64,000 nucleotides of DNA from Leucoraja erinacea. Taxonomy: Eukaryota. The stretch is from positions 85,498,001 through 85,562,000 of the forward strand of contig NC_073378.1 of NCBI RefSeq assembly GCF_028641065.1. The letters run 5' to 3'. The notes beneath the pieces are model-generated. The model did not search any database. It was not told the origin of the DNA and saw only the letters and a list, made by a program, of their open reading frames with translations. Each line of letters begins with the position of its first letter. The stretch's first letter is position 1. A program made the translations under genes and the position numbers. Shown here in pieces: positions 37,965 to 51,555 of the stretch.

Positions 37965-39530
37965 TAGATAGCATGGGTCAAACTGAGCCTAGGGTTGAGA
38001 TTTTTGATTGGAGAAAGGCTAACTTTGTTGAGATGCGAAATGATTTAAAAGGAGTGAACTGGGACATTTTGTTTTATGGGAAGGATGTAGAAGAGAAATG
38101 GAGGACATTTAAAGGGGAAATTTTAAGAGTACAGAATCTTTATGTTCCTGTTCGGTTGAAAGGAAACAGTAAAAATTGGAAAGAGCCCTGGTTTTCAAGG
38201 GAAATTGGACATCTTGTTCGGAAAAAGAGGGAGATCTACAATAATTATAGGCAGCATGAGGTGCTTGAGGAGTATAAGGAATGTAAAAAGAATCTTAAGA
38301 AAGAAATTAGAATAACTAAAAGAAGATATGAGGTTGCTTTGGCAAGTAAGGTGAAAGTAAATCCAAAGGGTTTCTACAGCTATATTAATAGCAAAAGGAT
38401 AACGAGGGATAAAATTGGTCCATTGGAGAGACAGAGTGGACAGCTATCTGCAGAGCCAAAAGAGATGGGGGAGATATTGAACAATTTCTTTTCTTCGGTA
38501 TTCACCAAGGAGAAGGATATCGAATTATGTGAGGTAAGGGAAACTAGTAGAGTAGCTATGGATACTATGAGTTTCAAAGTAAAAGAAGTACTGCCACTTT
38601 TGAAAAATATAAAAGTGGATAAGTCTCCATGTCCTGACAGGATATTCCCTAGGACATTGAGGGAAGTTAGTGTAGAAATAGCCGGGGCTATGACAGAAAT
38701 ATTTCAAATGACATTAGAAACGGGAATAGTCCCCGAGGATTGGCGTACTGCGCATGTTGTTCCATTGTTTAAAAAGGGTTCTAAGAGTAAACCTAGCAAT
38801 TATAGACCTGTTAGTTTGACTTCAGTGGTGGGCAAATTAATGGAAAAGGTACTTAGAGATAATATATATAAGCATCTGGATAAACAGGGTCTTATTAGGA
38901 AGAGTCAACGTGGATTTGTGCCTGGAAGGTCATGTTTGACTAATCTTCTTGAATTATTTCAAGAGGTTACTAGGGAAATTGATGAGGGTAAAGCAGTGGA
39001 TGTTGTCTATATGGACTTTAGTAAGGCCTTTGACAAGGTTCCTCATGGAAGGTTGATTAAGAAGGTTCAACTGTTGGGTATAAATGCAGGAGTAGCAAGA
39101 TGGATTCAACAGTGACTGAATGGGAGACGCCAGAGGGTAATGGTGGATGGCTGTTTGTCGGGTTGGAGGCAGGTGACTAGTGGGGTGCCTCAGGGATCTG
39201 TGTTGGGTCCTTTGTTGTTTGGCATGTACATCAATGATCTGGATGATAGTGTGGTAAATTGGATTAGTAAGTATGCAGATGATACCAAGATAGGGGGTGC
39301 TGTGGATAATGAAGAGGATTTCCAAAGTCTAGAGAGAGACTTAGGCCATTTGGAAGAATGGGCTGAAAGATGGCAGATGGAGTTTAATGCTGATACGTGT
39401 GAGGTGCTACACCTTGGCAGGACAAATCAAAATAGGACGTACATGGTAAATGGTAGGGAATTGAAGAATGCAGTTGAACAGAGGGATCTGGGAATAACCG
39501 TGCATAGTTCCTTGAAGGTGGAATCTCATA
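37965..39530 (+). mobile_element. CR1-clade LINE ORF2 (RT) fragment, relatively young
   Basis: PWF, KSP(G)PD, NYRPVSLTS, YMDFSKAFDKVPH, GVPQGSVLGP and YADD motifs. Single TGA at 39113. The 3' end is missing. Confidence 0.95.
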
Positions 39531-39990
39531 TGCGACTTTTTAAGCGACTGCAGGAGACTATGAGGTCGCCACAAAGTCGCCACATGTTCACCGGAGGTTG
39601 CCAGGGTGTCGCCTGCATGCTGGTTAGTAGTTCCCGCATTTTCGTAACTAGTCACGGCTTCATTCTGGTCGCCGCTTATTTTCAACATGTTGAAAAATTA
39701 ACAGCGGCTAGAATTTTGATGCCATGGAGAGTAGCTAGAATTCTCTTGGCATTGGTACAGTCAGGGTTGCCAGGAGTTTGTAGTTTGTCGTAGGTTGTCG
39801 CCACTGCTGACCGGTGACAACTTACGACAAACTACAAACTTCTGGCTCATTGGAGGAAAAAAACATAAACAATAGCTTTCAGAACCAAGGATATCCGACC
39901 GGTAATGTTAATGTCCGCCGAGCTTCACAGCCGTCTATCTCTGGCTTCTTAAAAGTTGTCTCCACTCCTTCTCCCACGTCCCCCCCCCCC
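39530..39990. mobile_element. one-armed fragment of the Harbinger-like MITE family (cgac/gtcg-rich)
   Basis: Similar to 21379-21570 (attttcaaca..tgaaa motif); no second TIR seen. Confidence 0.45.
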
Positions 39991-40792
39991 CCTTCTCCTC
40001 CCCTCCTTCTCACCCCCCTCCTCCCGCCACTTCTCCCTTCTTCTCCCCCCCTTCACCCCCTCCTCCTCTCCCCCTCCCCCTCCCCCCCCCCCCCTCTCCC
40101 CTCTGCCTCCCTCTTTTAAAGGATAAAGGATTTGTTCCATTTTAATTATAATTTTTAGAGTATACAATGTTTGTCAAATGGAGTTTTCTGCTGAAATCTA
40201 TATTTTTGTTGATTTATTGTGTCTCAATACATTGACCTTGTAGGTATATGATTTTATCAATCCTGGTAGTAAAAGATGTTTAGTTCCCAGAATTTAAATA
40301 CTTGCCCAATTTGATTGCCGGCAATGTTGTCATAAAACTAGTATTTCTAGCAAAATTTAATTAAGTGTAATAACTAAAAGCTAGAAGCCATGGATGAATG
40401 GAAAGCTATTTTTGTTCAGAATGATTAAGCAATAATCTTCCAATGGCCTGGAGCGCATGAAGGCCTGGAATATATTTCACTTTGGCACTATGACAAGACC
40501 AAGGAGCCAAGGCAATGAACAGTGTTCATGTTAATTCTACAAAACATCATACAAATCATTATTACTATTTATAGTTACTTAAAAAATAGAAACTGAAGTA
40601 TAAAAGAACAGCATGGAAAAATAAAAACATCTTTGTGTAGAAGTTAGACTGTATAACTTTGACTTTTCTCATTTATGCAATTGATTTTTTTTAAATTCCA
40701 AAATTATACATATTATTTCTGGGTCTTTTTGACTCTCAGCAAAAAGTTGATTGAGCACAATTTGACAAAGAACAATTTGCCAATTTAACAAA

Positions 40793-41245
40793 CCATATAA
40801 CCATATAACAATTACAGCACGGAAACAGGCCATCTCAGCCCTACAAGTCCGTGCCGAACAACTTTTTTTCCCCTTAGTCCCACCTGCCTGCACTCATACC
40901 ATAACCCTCCATTCCCTTCTCATCCATATGCCTAACCAATTTATTTTTAAATGATACCAATGAACCTGCCTCCACCACTTCCACTGGAAGCTCATTCCAC
41001 ACCGCTACCACTCTCTGAGTAAAGAAGTTCCCCCTCATATTACCCCTAAACTTCTGTCCCTTAATTCTGAAGTCATGTCCTCTTGTTTGAATCTTCCCTA
41101 TTCTCAAAGGGAAAAGCTTGTCCACATCAACTCTGTCTATCCCTCTCATCATTTTAAAGACCTCTATCAAGTCCCTCCTTAACCTTCTGCACTCCAGAGA
41201 ATAAAGACCTAACTTATTCAACCTATCTCTGTAACTTAGTTGTTG
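40793..41245 (-). mobile_element. CR1 3' end, same subfamily
   Basis: ORF 40874-41272 (LGLYSLE.RRLR...) and aaccatataaccatataac tail. Confidence 0.9.
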
Positions 41246-41329
41246 ATAGACAAGATAGAAGCATATCTCCAATTGGGGTGGAGCAGGTTACATTGGAGAT
41301 ATGCTTCTAAGTCAGTGGAGCTAATATGA

Positions 41330-44250
41330 CCTGATGTTTCAATCCATATAGCAAGTCAGCACTCTTGGTATTTGCGGTGGGAATGGAGTGATGAAAGGTG
41401 GGGTAGGTACGTCATCGGGGTCATCAGGTGGGCACCCTCCTTCTTTGACGTTTCATTGGTAGGCCCACAACGTCTCTAGAGGGCTCAACGGTGATACCTG
41501 GTGTCCCTGGTACACTCCCCTCAATTCCATAACCTCCTGTCTTCATCTTGCAGCCCAATTGTTATCTTTCCTTTTGATCTAAATTGCTGCTTTTTTCTGC
41601 AGAATTTGATAATGACTTGATTGCTTGTTGGAGGGAGCGACCTCTCACCCCCATTTTCTTTAATAGCCTGGTCATAGATGGAGCAACAAATCCCCTGCAT
41701 CCCAATTCTACAGGGAAAATCATGGTCTTCCAGCCATTCTGGGCAGCTTCAGTTGACAGTTCAGAGTTACACAAAAAAGCTGGAGAAACTCAGCGGGTGC
41801 AGCAGCATCTATGGAGCGAAGGAAATAGGCAACGTTTCGGGCCGAAACCCTTCTTAAGACCAAGTCAGAGTACTTGGTCTTTTTCCTCCCATAAGCTTCT
41901 TCAACACCTCTTCTTCCCATGGAACTGTCAATTCCACAATGAATGCTAACTTGGCTGTTGTGGACCACAGGACCATGTTTGGCCGGAGTGTTGTAGCCAC
42001 AATGTATGGGAGAAACACAAGCTTTTTTTCCAAGTCCACTTCCATTTTCCAATCCCGAGCAGGCTGCAGAATGCTTGCACCCATTGATGTTATCTGGTGC
42101 TCTGGGTATTGGCCTGCTGGTACAGATGTTGTGAAGTGGACATTTCCTGCCAATGTTTGTGGGGAAGCATTTGTGATCGTTCACCTCTGTTGCAGGATTG
42201 ATGCCAGCTGTCTGAGAACTTGGTTATGCTGCCAAGTCTAACGCCTTTGGGCGAGACTCTGTCTTTACTGCACTGATGTTGCCTTGTGCCATTGAGGAGC
42301 ATTTGGGATGAGCCCGAGCCCGGCTCTCCCATGTTGGACTTGGCCAACCACATCCTGGAAATGAAGAGCAGACTTAGCACTCTGAACAGATGGGGCCCAC
42401 TTCCTCCCCGTTGCCACACGGGGGGCCACTGTTCGAATAACAGTATCTTCAGATTCAGTGAGGGTCATGGCCAAACTTGCTTTAGTGCATTTGAACTCTT
42501 CCACAACACCTGCAATGGGTAATTCCAATTTGCCACTCCCGTACTGTCCGACAGCACTTAAGCATCGTGGAAGTCCAAGCCACTGTTTCACATGTGTGCT
42601 GATCATTCTTTCCAGCTTTTCCACTTTGTTGATGGGGATTTCATACATAGTTAAAGGCCACATGATTCTTGGTAGTATGCCAAATTGGAAGCACCACAGC
42701 TTGAGTTTTCCTGGTAGCAAGGTCTTGTTGACGCAAGCTATGTGCGTGATGGTAACCTTTTTGAGTTGTTCAAACTGCTCGTTGTCCCTGAGCTTTGCAT
42801 CATACATTGGCCCAAACTCTTCACTGGCATTTCTGAAACAGTTGGAACAGGTATTCCGTCAATATGAAATCTTTGATCCTTGACTTGACCTTTGACAATG
42901 GAGATGCTTCTGCACTTGCTGGGTTTAATCTTCATCCTTGCCCATGTGATGTTTCGATGAAGTTTTTCTAGAAGTCTCTGGTGCAGGGGACAGTTGTCGT
43001 TAGTGTTGTTATATCGTCCATATAGGTTCGTGTAGGTGGCAATCGCTGACCACACTGTAGCTGTTTTCCTCCCACAACCCATTTTGTTGCCCTGATAATG
43101 AGATCCATTGCCATAGTGAAGGTCAATGGGGAGATGGTGCACCCCGCCATGATGCCTACTTCCAGTGGTTGCCACGCTGTGGTAAAGTCTGATGTTGTGA
43201 GACAAAATTACAGATCTTGGAAGTAGTTTTTTTTTACCAGATTTGTTACTATTGCAGGCACCTGAAAGAATTCAAAAGCAGTCCACAGTAGCGAATGAGG
43301 AACTGATCCATAGGCGATGGCCAGATCGAAGAACAAGACATGCAGATTATTTTGTTCTTTCTTAGCAGTCTGGATTTGATGCCATATGATGCTGGTCTGT
43401 TCAAGGCATCCTGAGAAGCCTGCTATGCCAGCCTTTTGGATTGATGTATCAATGAAATGGTTTTGTTTCAGATACTTTGTAAGTCTTTTCGCCACCACAC
43501 TGAAAAAGATCTTGCCCTCTATCTTAAGAAGGTTTATTTGCCAAAACTGTTCGATTGTGGACAATTTATTTTCTTTTGGGATCAGCACTCCCCACGCCCT
43601 TCGCCAGGTTTTGGGGATAACTTGCTTTTCCCATACAACCTCATGTTCCTCCAGAGGAATTTCAGAATATATGGGGCATTCTTGTAGACACAATATGAAA
43701 CGCCATTAGGGCCTGGTGCAGACGCTGTTCTTGCCTTCCTCACTACTTCTTTTACCTCACTCAGCTTGGGAGAGCTAATGTCAAATTGATGTTGTGGGGG
43801 TGAGATTGGTGGGATGTCGGCAGGGACAAAAATCGGTTCATTTGTTAACTCATCAGTGTGGATGGTTCTGACGTTGTCCATCAACCTCATTTTTTGACGC
43901 TTTCAGGGACCCACTTTTCTCTTTTGTGAAAATGCCTTTCACAAACTTAAAGGAATCTTTGTAGGTCAGTTCTTGCTTTTTCCTTCTTTTTTGCGTTGTT
44001 TCCTTAAATTCTCTGCTCTGCACAGCTTAGCCTCTGTTTTAGGTCCTCTTGAATGAGGTTGATGCCCTCCCTTTCTTCTGCTGTTGCTTTTTTCCACATC
44101 TTCCTCGGGCCTCTTCTTTCTTTAACAAGTCGTTGGATTTGCTGGAGATGACAGGACTTGGGGGGAGGAGCCCTATCTTTCCTGCTGAGTTGTTCCTTCT
44201 CACCAAATGTCTCCTTTCCATAGCTGTAGCCTAGATCACCCAACTTATTT
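41330..44250 (-). mobile_element. decayed HERO-like (R2 superfamily, restriction-like endonuclease) non-LTR retrotransposon
   Basis: RT motifs QKAGIAGFSGCLE, FFDLAIAYGSVPH, MAGCTISP and YMDD; PGKLKLWC...ILPRIMWPL; HNQVL; RLE motifs RPNMVLWS...IVELTVPWEE and FPVELGCRGF. Multiple frameshifts and deletions. Confidence 0.85.
41768..41864 (-). mobile_element. short PLE end nested in the HERO-like element
   Basis: TSD tcagagt at 41761-41767 and 41865-41871 interrupts the host KTKYSELSTEAA frame. Reverse complement reads aagaagggtttcggcccgaaacgttg. Confidence 0.8.
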
Positions 44251-45215
44251 TCTGCTGAGCTACTGATGGAAACCCCTTATTTGGTTGCACAGTAAGGTAG
44301 ATGAATCAATGACAAAAATGTGTATGATCTAATTGTCACTATAAAGAGTGGTAATTCTCCTCACCAGCAATTTTGAAGAAGAGGTTTAGAGTGAACTACA
44401 AGAGGTCTTGTATGGAGTAAAATGAAATTAGCATTCATTTAAAACATGTAAAATTGGACGTATTAATGGGATTGAAAACTGAGTAGCTATCCAGGACCAG
44501 ACGACCTTCATCACAAAGCAGTGATGTTGATTGTAGATGTCATCTTCCAAAATTCCCTAGAATTTTGATTGTTCTGACAGATTGGAAGGTAGGAACACCA
44601 TTATTTAAACAAATAAAACAGGTAGAAAACTGGAACTTATGGACTTGGCAGCCAAACATCAGGGATAGGAATGTTGCTGGAATCTATGAATAAGAAAGTA
44701 GTATCAAGACACTCCAAAAATTATAGAATTTGCAGATTCAATGGAAAGTAATTTCCAGAAGTTTGGTGAAAACCTGAGGGGTGAGTGAATCTATACATCA
44801 CCATGCCTCAATTTGCCAGCGCACAGCATTGCATAACTCCAAAGATATTTTACAAATTGACTCCACTGCTAAATCTTAGTTTTCTGTTACCACTGAACCA
44901 TCATTTTTTCTTGATTTTGAAATGATTGTGAAAATATTCCAGTTGCATTCTATGTGCATTGACAGTCTTATTTTCTGGCGACTCATTTATTTACATGATT
45001 AGCCAGAATGGTAACTTGGTCACCAACGTTACAAATTTTACCCCCACTGCCCACATACCAGTACACAAGGTGAAACCTTTTTAAGTAGGGAGGTGCAATA
45101 AGCCAAAGGAGAATACATTAAATGCAGACTATTGAGTGTTTGAAGGAACAAAGAAACCTAGGCATGGTCATTGACAGAATCCTATTAGAAATAGATAATA
45201 TGCTGAACTATATAG

Positions 45216-45495
45216 TTGCAGCACAGTGTCGCGGCAGTAGAGCTACTGCCTGACAGTGCCAGAGATCCCGGTTCGCTCTTGACCATGGTTGCTGTCTGTA
45301 CGGAGTTGTACGTTCTTACTGTGACCACGTGGATTTTCTCCATGTGCTCCGGTTTCCTCCCCCACTCCAAAGACGATGAAATTGTAAAATTGCCCGTAGT
45401 GTGTAAGATAGTGCTAGCGTACAAGGGTGATCGCTAATCGGTGCTTATTCAGTGGGCCAAAGGGCCTGATTCTATGCTGTGTCTATAAAGTCAAG
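45216..45495 (+). mobile_element. HE1-like tRNA-derived SINE
   Basis: tRNA-like head with A/B-box-like motifs (gcagtagagctactgcc...cccggttcgctc), central V-type core and a CR1-derived tail gggccaaagggcctg. Confidence 0.8.
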
Positions 45496-47009
45496 TATAG
45501 ACTCCTCAAATGTTTTCAAAGTTGTTTGACTTGAGGGGATTTGTAATTATTCTGGTGTATATTAGTTTAGGTTAAAGAAACAGACCCTTTGGCCCACAGA
45601 GGAGCTTGTGTTGCTGCCTCACAACTCCAGTGTCCCCGGTTGAATCCTGATGTCCAGTACTGTCTAAAAATCATAGAGCTCTATGATCTTTGGTACTGTC
45701 TGTGCATGTTCTCCTTATGACTAAATGGTTTCCTTGTGTACTTCAGATTCCTCCCACAACCCAGTGAATTGTCATTGATAAGTTAATTGGCTGCTGTAAA
45801 TTGGCTAAAATGGAAAGACAACCGTTGATGAGAACACGAGGGAGAAGAGGTTACAGGGAAAATTTAGTCGAAGAATGCAGTTGTTCTGAGAGCCAGTAGG
45901 TTCAGTGGGTTGAAAGATCTCCTATGTTTATAAGAACATATCAGAACTTGAATATCTTTCCTTGCTCAATTATTTTATTGTTCCCAAACATTGCCATTAA
46001 TTAAAATGTCAGAAGAAATTTACAAATAAAATTACTATTTTACTAACTACTTAAATTTAAAGTAAACGTCTATTACTGAGAAGCAAACCAAGGCTGCCAA
46101 ACATTTTATGACACAGATATCACAGTTGATATATTTGATGGAGTAGTTAAAAGCAGAATGTACTGAAATTTCCTTTTTACTAAATCATAAGATGAGAAAA
46201 TGTGCTATTTGAAAGCTGAATAGCTCTTTGTTTAGCAACAAATGTCCTTTATGATGAAAAAACCCCACAAAAAAACCCTTTTTCTTACGAGATATTTATT
46301 TTTACTGTTGTGAGCTTTGAACAATGCAGCACAGTGCAATGTCTGGCAAATTCACACTATCAGCAAAAATTAAGGAATGCTCACAGAAATCAATGTGGAT
46401 GTGGCATGACAATGTGTCTGTTGTCTGAATTAGCAGTGAGCCCTCGTGTTGCTTTTACGATCATGACCTTCAGCAAAATTAGATTAAATGCTTGTCCTCA
46501 CTACTGCAAGAGGGATGACAATTAAAGGTCTGCCAGCAGGCGCCTCTTGAGTTTCTTGTTTCATTGCCTTTGTTGGCTGATCCATAGCAGATGCGATCTG
46601 GAGCAAATGAAATTGCTGGAGGAACTCCATGTATTAGGCAGCATCTGTGGAGGGAAATGGACAAATGACGTTTTTGGCTGCGATCCTTCTTCAGACGCAG
46701 ATTTAGAGGAGATCTAAATATTGGTGTTGGAGTGAGGAGAGTGATTACTTTTAACTCTCAGGATGAGTCTAAATATTGGCCAGTGAGAAGCTGAGCAGCA
46801 GAAGATGGAAAGGTTCCAGGTTTAATCCTTCTCTGTACCAGGTTACTTGGGTATAGCACTTAATTACGACAATCCTGGGAAAACAGAATGAAAATCAGCT
46901 CTACTACTGATTACTGTCCAATGAGCTTCCTGGGAGTTGGTTTGCTGTCCAAATGTGAAGCCAGTGAAGAAAATGCAGGTGCCCGGGCTGAGATACATCA
47001 TGAAATACG

Positions 47010-47960
47010 GATGAGGTGCCACAAGACTGGAGGGTGGCAAATGTTGTGCCTATTTAAGAAGGGCTGCAGGGGAAAACATGGGTACTACAGGCCAGTGAGT
47101 CTAATATCTGTGGTCTGAGAGCTACTAGAGGGTATTCTGAGGGATGAAATATACTACATTTTGACAGACAAGGGTTGATTGGGGATAGTCAGCATGGTTT
47201 TGTACGTGACTCACGAATCAGAGTTTTTTTGAAGATGTGACCAAAAGGATTGAGGGCAGAGCTGCAAACGTTGTATAAATAGATTTCAACAAGGCATTCA
47301 AGGACAGGGGAAAATTGGCTTAATGGAAGAAAGCAGAGAGTGATAGAGAAAGGTTGGCTTTGTTTTGGACTGGAAGCCTGTGACTAATGGTGTGTATCAG
47401 GGTTCAGCGCTGGTTCCATTGTTGCTTGTCATCTATATCAAAGATTTGGATGAGAACATACAAGGCATGATTAGCAACTTTTCAGATGGCACAAAAGAGA
47501 ATAGAATTGTAGATAGTGAAGATGGTTGTCAAAAGTTGCAGCAGGATCTTGATCAATTCGGCTGGTAGGCAGAGACTGGTTGGACGAATTTAATACAGAG
47601 AAATGCGAGGTGTTGCATTTTGGGAAGTCGAACCAGGGCAGAACCTAAACGGTGAATAGCAGGGCTCTGGGAAGTGTTGAAGAGCAGAAAGATCCAGGAG
47701 TGCAGATACATATTTCCTAGAAAGTGGCTTGGTCAGAGTATAGAAATGGGGATGTCTTATCACAGTTGTTTAGAACATTGGTGTGACTACAATTAGAGTA
47801 TTGTGTTCAGTTTTGGTCTCCCTATTGTTGGAAAGATGTTATTAAGCTGGAAAGAGTGCAAAGAAGATTTATGATGATGTTGCCAGAACTCAAGGACTTG
47901 AGCACAAGGGAGAGGTTGAGCAGGCCAGGACTTTATTTGTTGGAGCACAGAAGGATATGG
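47010..47960 (+). mobile_element. degenerate CR1 RT region
   Basis: YRPVSLISVV and WKPVTNGVYQGS remnants. Confidence 0.75.
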
Positions 47961-47962
47961 TG

Positions 47963-48468
47963 TGATTCTGCTCGGATCCAGCGTCGGTCCGCAGATTGAT
48001 CAGCATCTGCGACCAGTTTGAGTTGGCCACGGGAGCCAGGGTGAACCGCAGGAAGAGCGAGGCCATGCTCTTTGGCAACTGGCCCGACCGATTTTCCGTC
48101 CCCTACACCATAAAGCCTAACTTCTTGAAGGTGCTGGGGATCTGGTTTGGGGTGGCTGAGGCGTGTGACATTAACTGGCTGGAGCGGATAGCCAAGGTGG
48201 GGAATAAATTGGAGCTGTGGAAGCAGCGCTCTCTCTCTATAACAGGGAAAAATATGGTCATTAGGTGTGAGGTGCTCTCGGGGCTGCTGTATGTGGCACA
48301 AGTGTGGCCTGTCCCTCCCTCCTATGCCACAGGGATCACCCGGGCCATCTTCCTGTTCATCTGGGGGTCGAGGATGGACCGGGTGCGATGGGGCACAATG
48401 CACAAGTCGGCAGACAACGGGGGTAAAAGTGTGCCCAACGTCGCCCTCACCCTGATGGCCGCCTTCAA
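47963..48468 (+). mobile_element. Tx1-clade L1 ORF2 internal fragment
   Basis: FELATGARVNRRKSE, LKVLGIWF, WKQRSLSITGK and GG-VPN motifs of the RT C-terminal region. Confidence 0.8.
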
Positions 48469-49046
48469 TGAGATGGGATGGTGGAGTCCGTGCACCATGC
48501 TTTGTTTACATAAATGCACAGACCCCCACCCCTGGTCTTACCAGAGTCTGTTGTCCTGTCCGCTCATTTGTGTTTATGTGCAGTTTTTTTTAAACAAATT
48601 ACTAATTGAGATCAACCTCGTTCCAATCTACCTTATTGCGGCCTTTGTACTTTTTTACCTGCACTTTCTCTGTAGCTGTAATACTATATTCTGCACTGTT
48701 TCATTTCTCTTTTTGCACTACCCGCAGTACTAAAGTGTGGCACAGTATGATCTGTCTGGATAACACACAAAACACATTTTTTTCACAATGTCTCAATGCA
48801 CATGACAATAATAAACCAATATTAATATCAATGTAAAATCTAAATATTAAGGTTTATCTCAGGATTAGTGCCTCAACTGATGAGCTTGGAATTTTTAAAG
48901 TCTTTAACAACTGATATTTTGGTCAGTTTTGGACTTCAGAAGAATCTGTTGGTTGTGCTGTTTGTGTTTTCTGTTTAATTGTTTTCTAAATCCATCCAGG
49001 GTTCACTTAATAATGAAGTAAATCACAATTTAGATTTCAGACTTTT

Positions 49047-50563
49047 TATTTTTTTTATTTTTTTTATTTTATTTTTATTAGAAGTACGGTAAATTACAAT
49101 CCTACACAACACATATATCTTAATACATTTTTTGTACCGCTTCATTTTTTTTGAGCTTTAAGAAAAAGGTAGAAGTAAGGAAAGTAAAGAAAGTGCAAGA
49201 GAGTCGTGAAGTGCAAGAGTGTTGGGAAAAGAAAGCCCCTTAGGAAAGAAGTTAGAGAAGGAAGTAAAGTGAGAAAATAGACCCTAGAAAAGAAAGAAAG
49301 AGAAAATAGAAACAATCGCTCTATTATAACATTAAACTCCGCAGAAAGGGGACTACCAACCAAGTCTGTTTTTGTTGTTTTACCTCCCATTACCAGGTCC
49401 TGATACCACTTATTTATATATTTGTTTTTTTTTTAAATTACTATTGCACCTCATACTTGTAATAGGTCCAGAAACATAGACCACGTCTTTTGGAATTGGT
49501 CTGCTTTACCTGCTAGGAGGAATCTCATCTCTTCCAGATGTAATGTTTCAAACATATTTGATATCCACATTTTTATTGTTGGTGTCGGCGCATTTTTCCA
49601 GAATTTAAGTGTAAGCTTTTTTCCCATTATTAGCCCGTAATTAAATAAATTCTTCTGAAACACGTTTAATTCAGGGTTACCTTCCGATATTCCGAAGATA
49701 ATCCATTCTGGTTTTGTTACCAGTTTTATTTTGATCAATTTTGAAAAAATATCAAATATTTCATACCAGAATTTTTGGATTTTTGTACAAAAAACAAAAG
49801 AGTGCGCTATGGTAGCTTCTTGACACAGGCATTTATCACAGATTGGTGAAACATTAGGGAAGATTTTATTTAATTTAGTTTTTGAATAATATAATCTATG
49901 TAATGTTTTAAATTGGATGAGCGTATGTCGTACGTTGATCGAACATTTATGCACCTGTAGTAAATGATTATCCCAGGTCTCTTTTGATATTTTTATAGCT
50001 AATTCTTGTTCCCAATCTTTTCTAATTCCATCTGTTGTGGGTATTTCTATGTTTAAAATGATATTATATAGGTACGATATTAAATTAGCTGATTCCGCCT
50101 TGGTCTTCATTGCTTCATCCAATAAGTCGGAAGGCATATTATGATAGTCTTTTGTGTGTTTTTTCAGATAATCACAAATTTGAAGATATTTAAAATATTG
50201 GTTATTTTTCAAATTATATTTCAGTTAAAAATATGATTCACCTGCTGGACAATTCTGCACAGCAGGCGGACTGGATGGTAATGGAAAAAGGGGACTGCTC
50301 CCCGAGTAATATAGGAGCGACCATCCTCTCACCAATAAATTTGAATAATAAAAATTATAATAAAAATCCAATTATACATAACACAATAAGAACATGGAAA
50401 CAAATAAAACAGAATTTAAAATTAAGAAACCTATCTCTTTTAATACCAATAGTCAATAATCCATCGTTTAAACCATCAATCATAGACAAATCATTTATAC
50501 AATGGGAAAGAATGGGAATTAAAACGCTCGAAGATCTGTATGAATTGGGGAATTTACTATCAT
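49047..50563 (-). mobile_element. 5'-truncated L1 with 5' inversion
   Basis: A-rich tail (T-tract at 49043-49078). ORF2 C-terminus with CCHC-like C..C...H...C at 49451-50212. Inverted upstream ORF2 piece at 50233-50563. TSD gatttcagactttt at 49033-49046 and 50564-50577. Confidence 0.9.
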
Positions 50564-51049
50564 GATTTCAGACTTTTGAAATGAAGAATGGAAAGTAAAA
50601 TCTGATTCAGAATCTGATTTCATTGTAATGTTTACCCCAGTATTATTAACAATCCTATCCATACATTCTAGCCCAATATGTCCTGATGTATTAGATCACA
50701 AGTCATATCAATTAGACATTTTATATTTGCCCCTCCTACATCTGTGCTGTTCTGAATATTTAGGAGAAAGCACTGCAGAACTATTGTGCATAATAGTTTT
50801 AACATAGTATTAAATCTTAGATTTTGTAGACAATCTCCTATTAAATGTCAGATTTTGTAAATTAAATGTTAATGATAATATATCAACACATTTTAACATG
50901 TACAACTGTTTGCTTAAATGGGAAGATAACTTAAAAAGACATTGAGAGCCTTGTTTATACTCAATTTGGTGTTTTAAAGGAGATTAATTAGGAGATTAAT
51001 TTCCTGAGGATATCAAAAAGATTTGCATATAGTAAGATTACCTTAAGTA

Positions 51050-51555
51050 GATATTTTTGTCATGCAATTTCATCTCTTGCTTTGATTATTAGATCTCGCA
51101 ACTCCGGGACCAGATTTGCTGTGTAATTGGATGCAGTGTCTGGCCAGTGTTGTTTGAACTAGTTTCTTTAATGTGGTAGCATGTAGAATGGATCAACTCT
51201 TTGAAATCTGCTGTGGTCTTGGAGTGCAGAGCCGCTACCCCCTGCCTAAAGTTTCTTCAACTTCTGTCAGGAAATGGTTGCCAAGGTTTTGCAGTGTTCA
51301 TGAATGTGAGCTTTTGTCTGCAGCACACGTGTGCCTTGAGTGCTCTCACAGACCTTTAGCAAAGGCTCTTTCAAATGCAGACGTCCCTTCCATCACACAA
51401 GACAGCCCATTCAAGTCACATGCCTGAGGTCTCGGCAGAATGGAGCGCAGATGCTGCCACTTTGATTACTAACATTAGCGGCTGCTCAGCAAACTTGAGG
51501 ACGTTTAAAAATTAATAGCTCAGAGGATAGAGAACGTTTTTGGAACCTTAACGCC
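51050..51555 (+). promoter_or_regulatory. putative internal promoter/5'UTR of the short isoform
   Basis: Repeat-free sequence directly upstream of the isoform-specific ATG. Position is inferred from the known chimaerin gene architecture; no TSS can be read from the sequence. Confidence 0.45.

Noticed and set aside
37823-39115. 430-aa ORF as a host gene
   Set aside because: It is a chance fusion: the first ~45 codons come from the PLE hairpin and flank, and the rest is CR1 ORF2 ending at a TGG-to-TGA stop.
39530-41245. Single CR1 broken by an inversion (37965-39530 plus 40793-41245)
   Set aside because: Same subfamily and non-overlapping, but there is no shared TSD and ~1.2 kb of unrelated DNA lies between them. 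Independent insertions explain it equally well.
45216-45290. tRNA gene
   Set aside because: The tRNA-like head continues into a SINE core and LINE-derived tail; no full cloverleaf.
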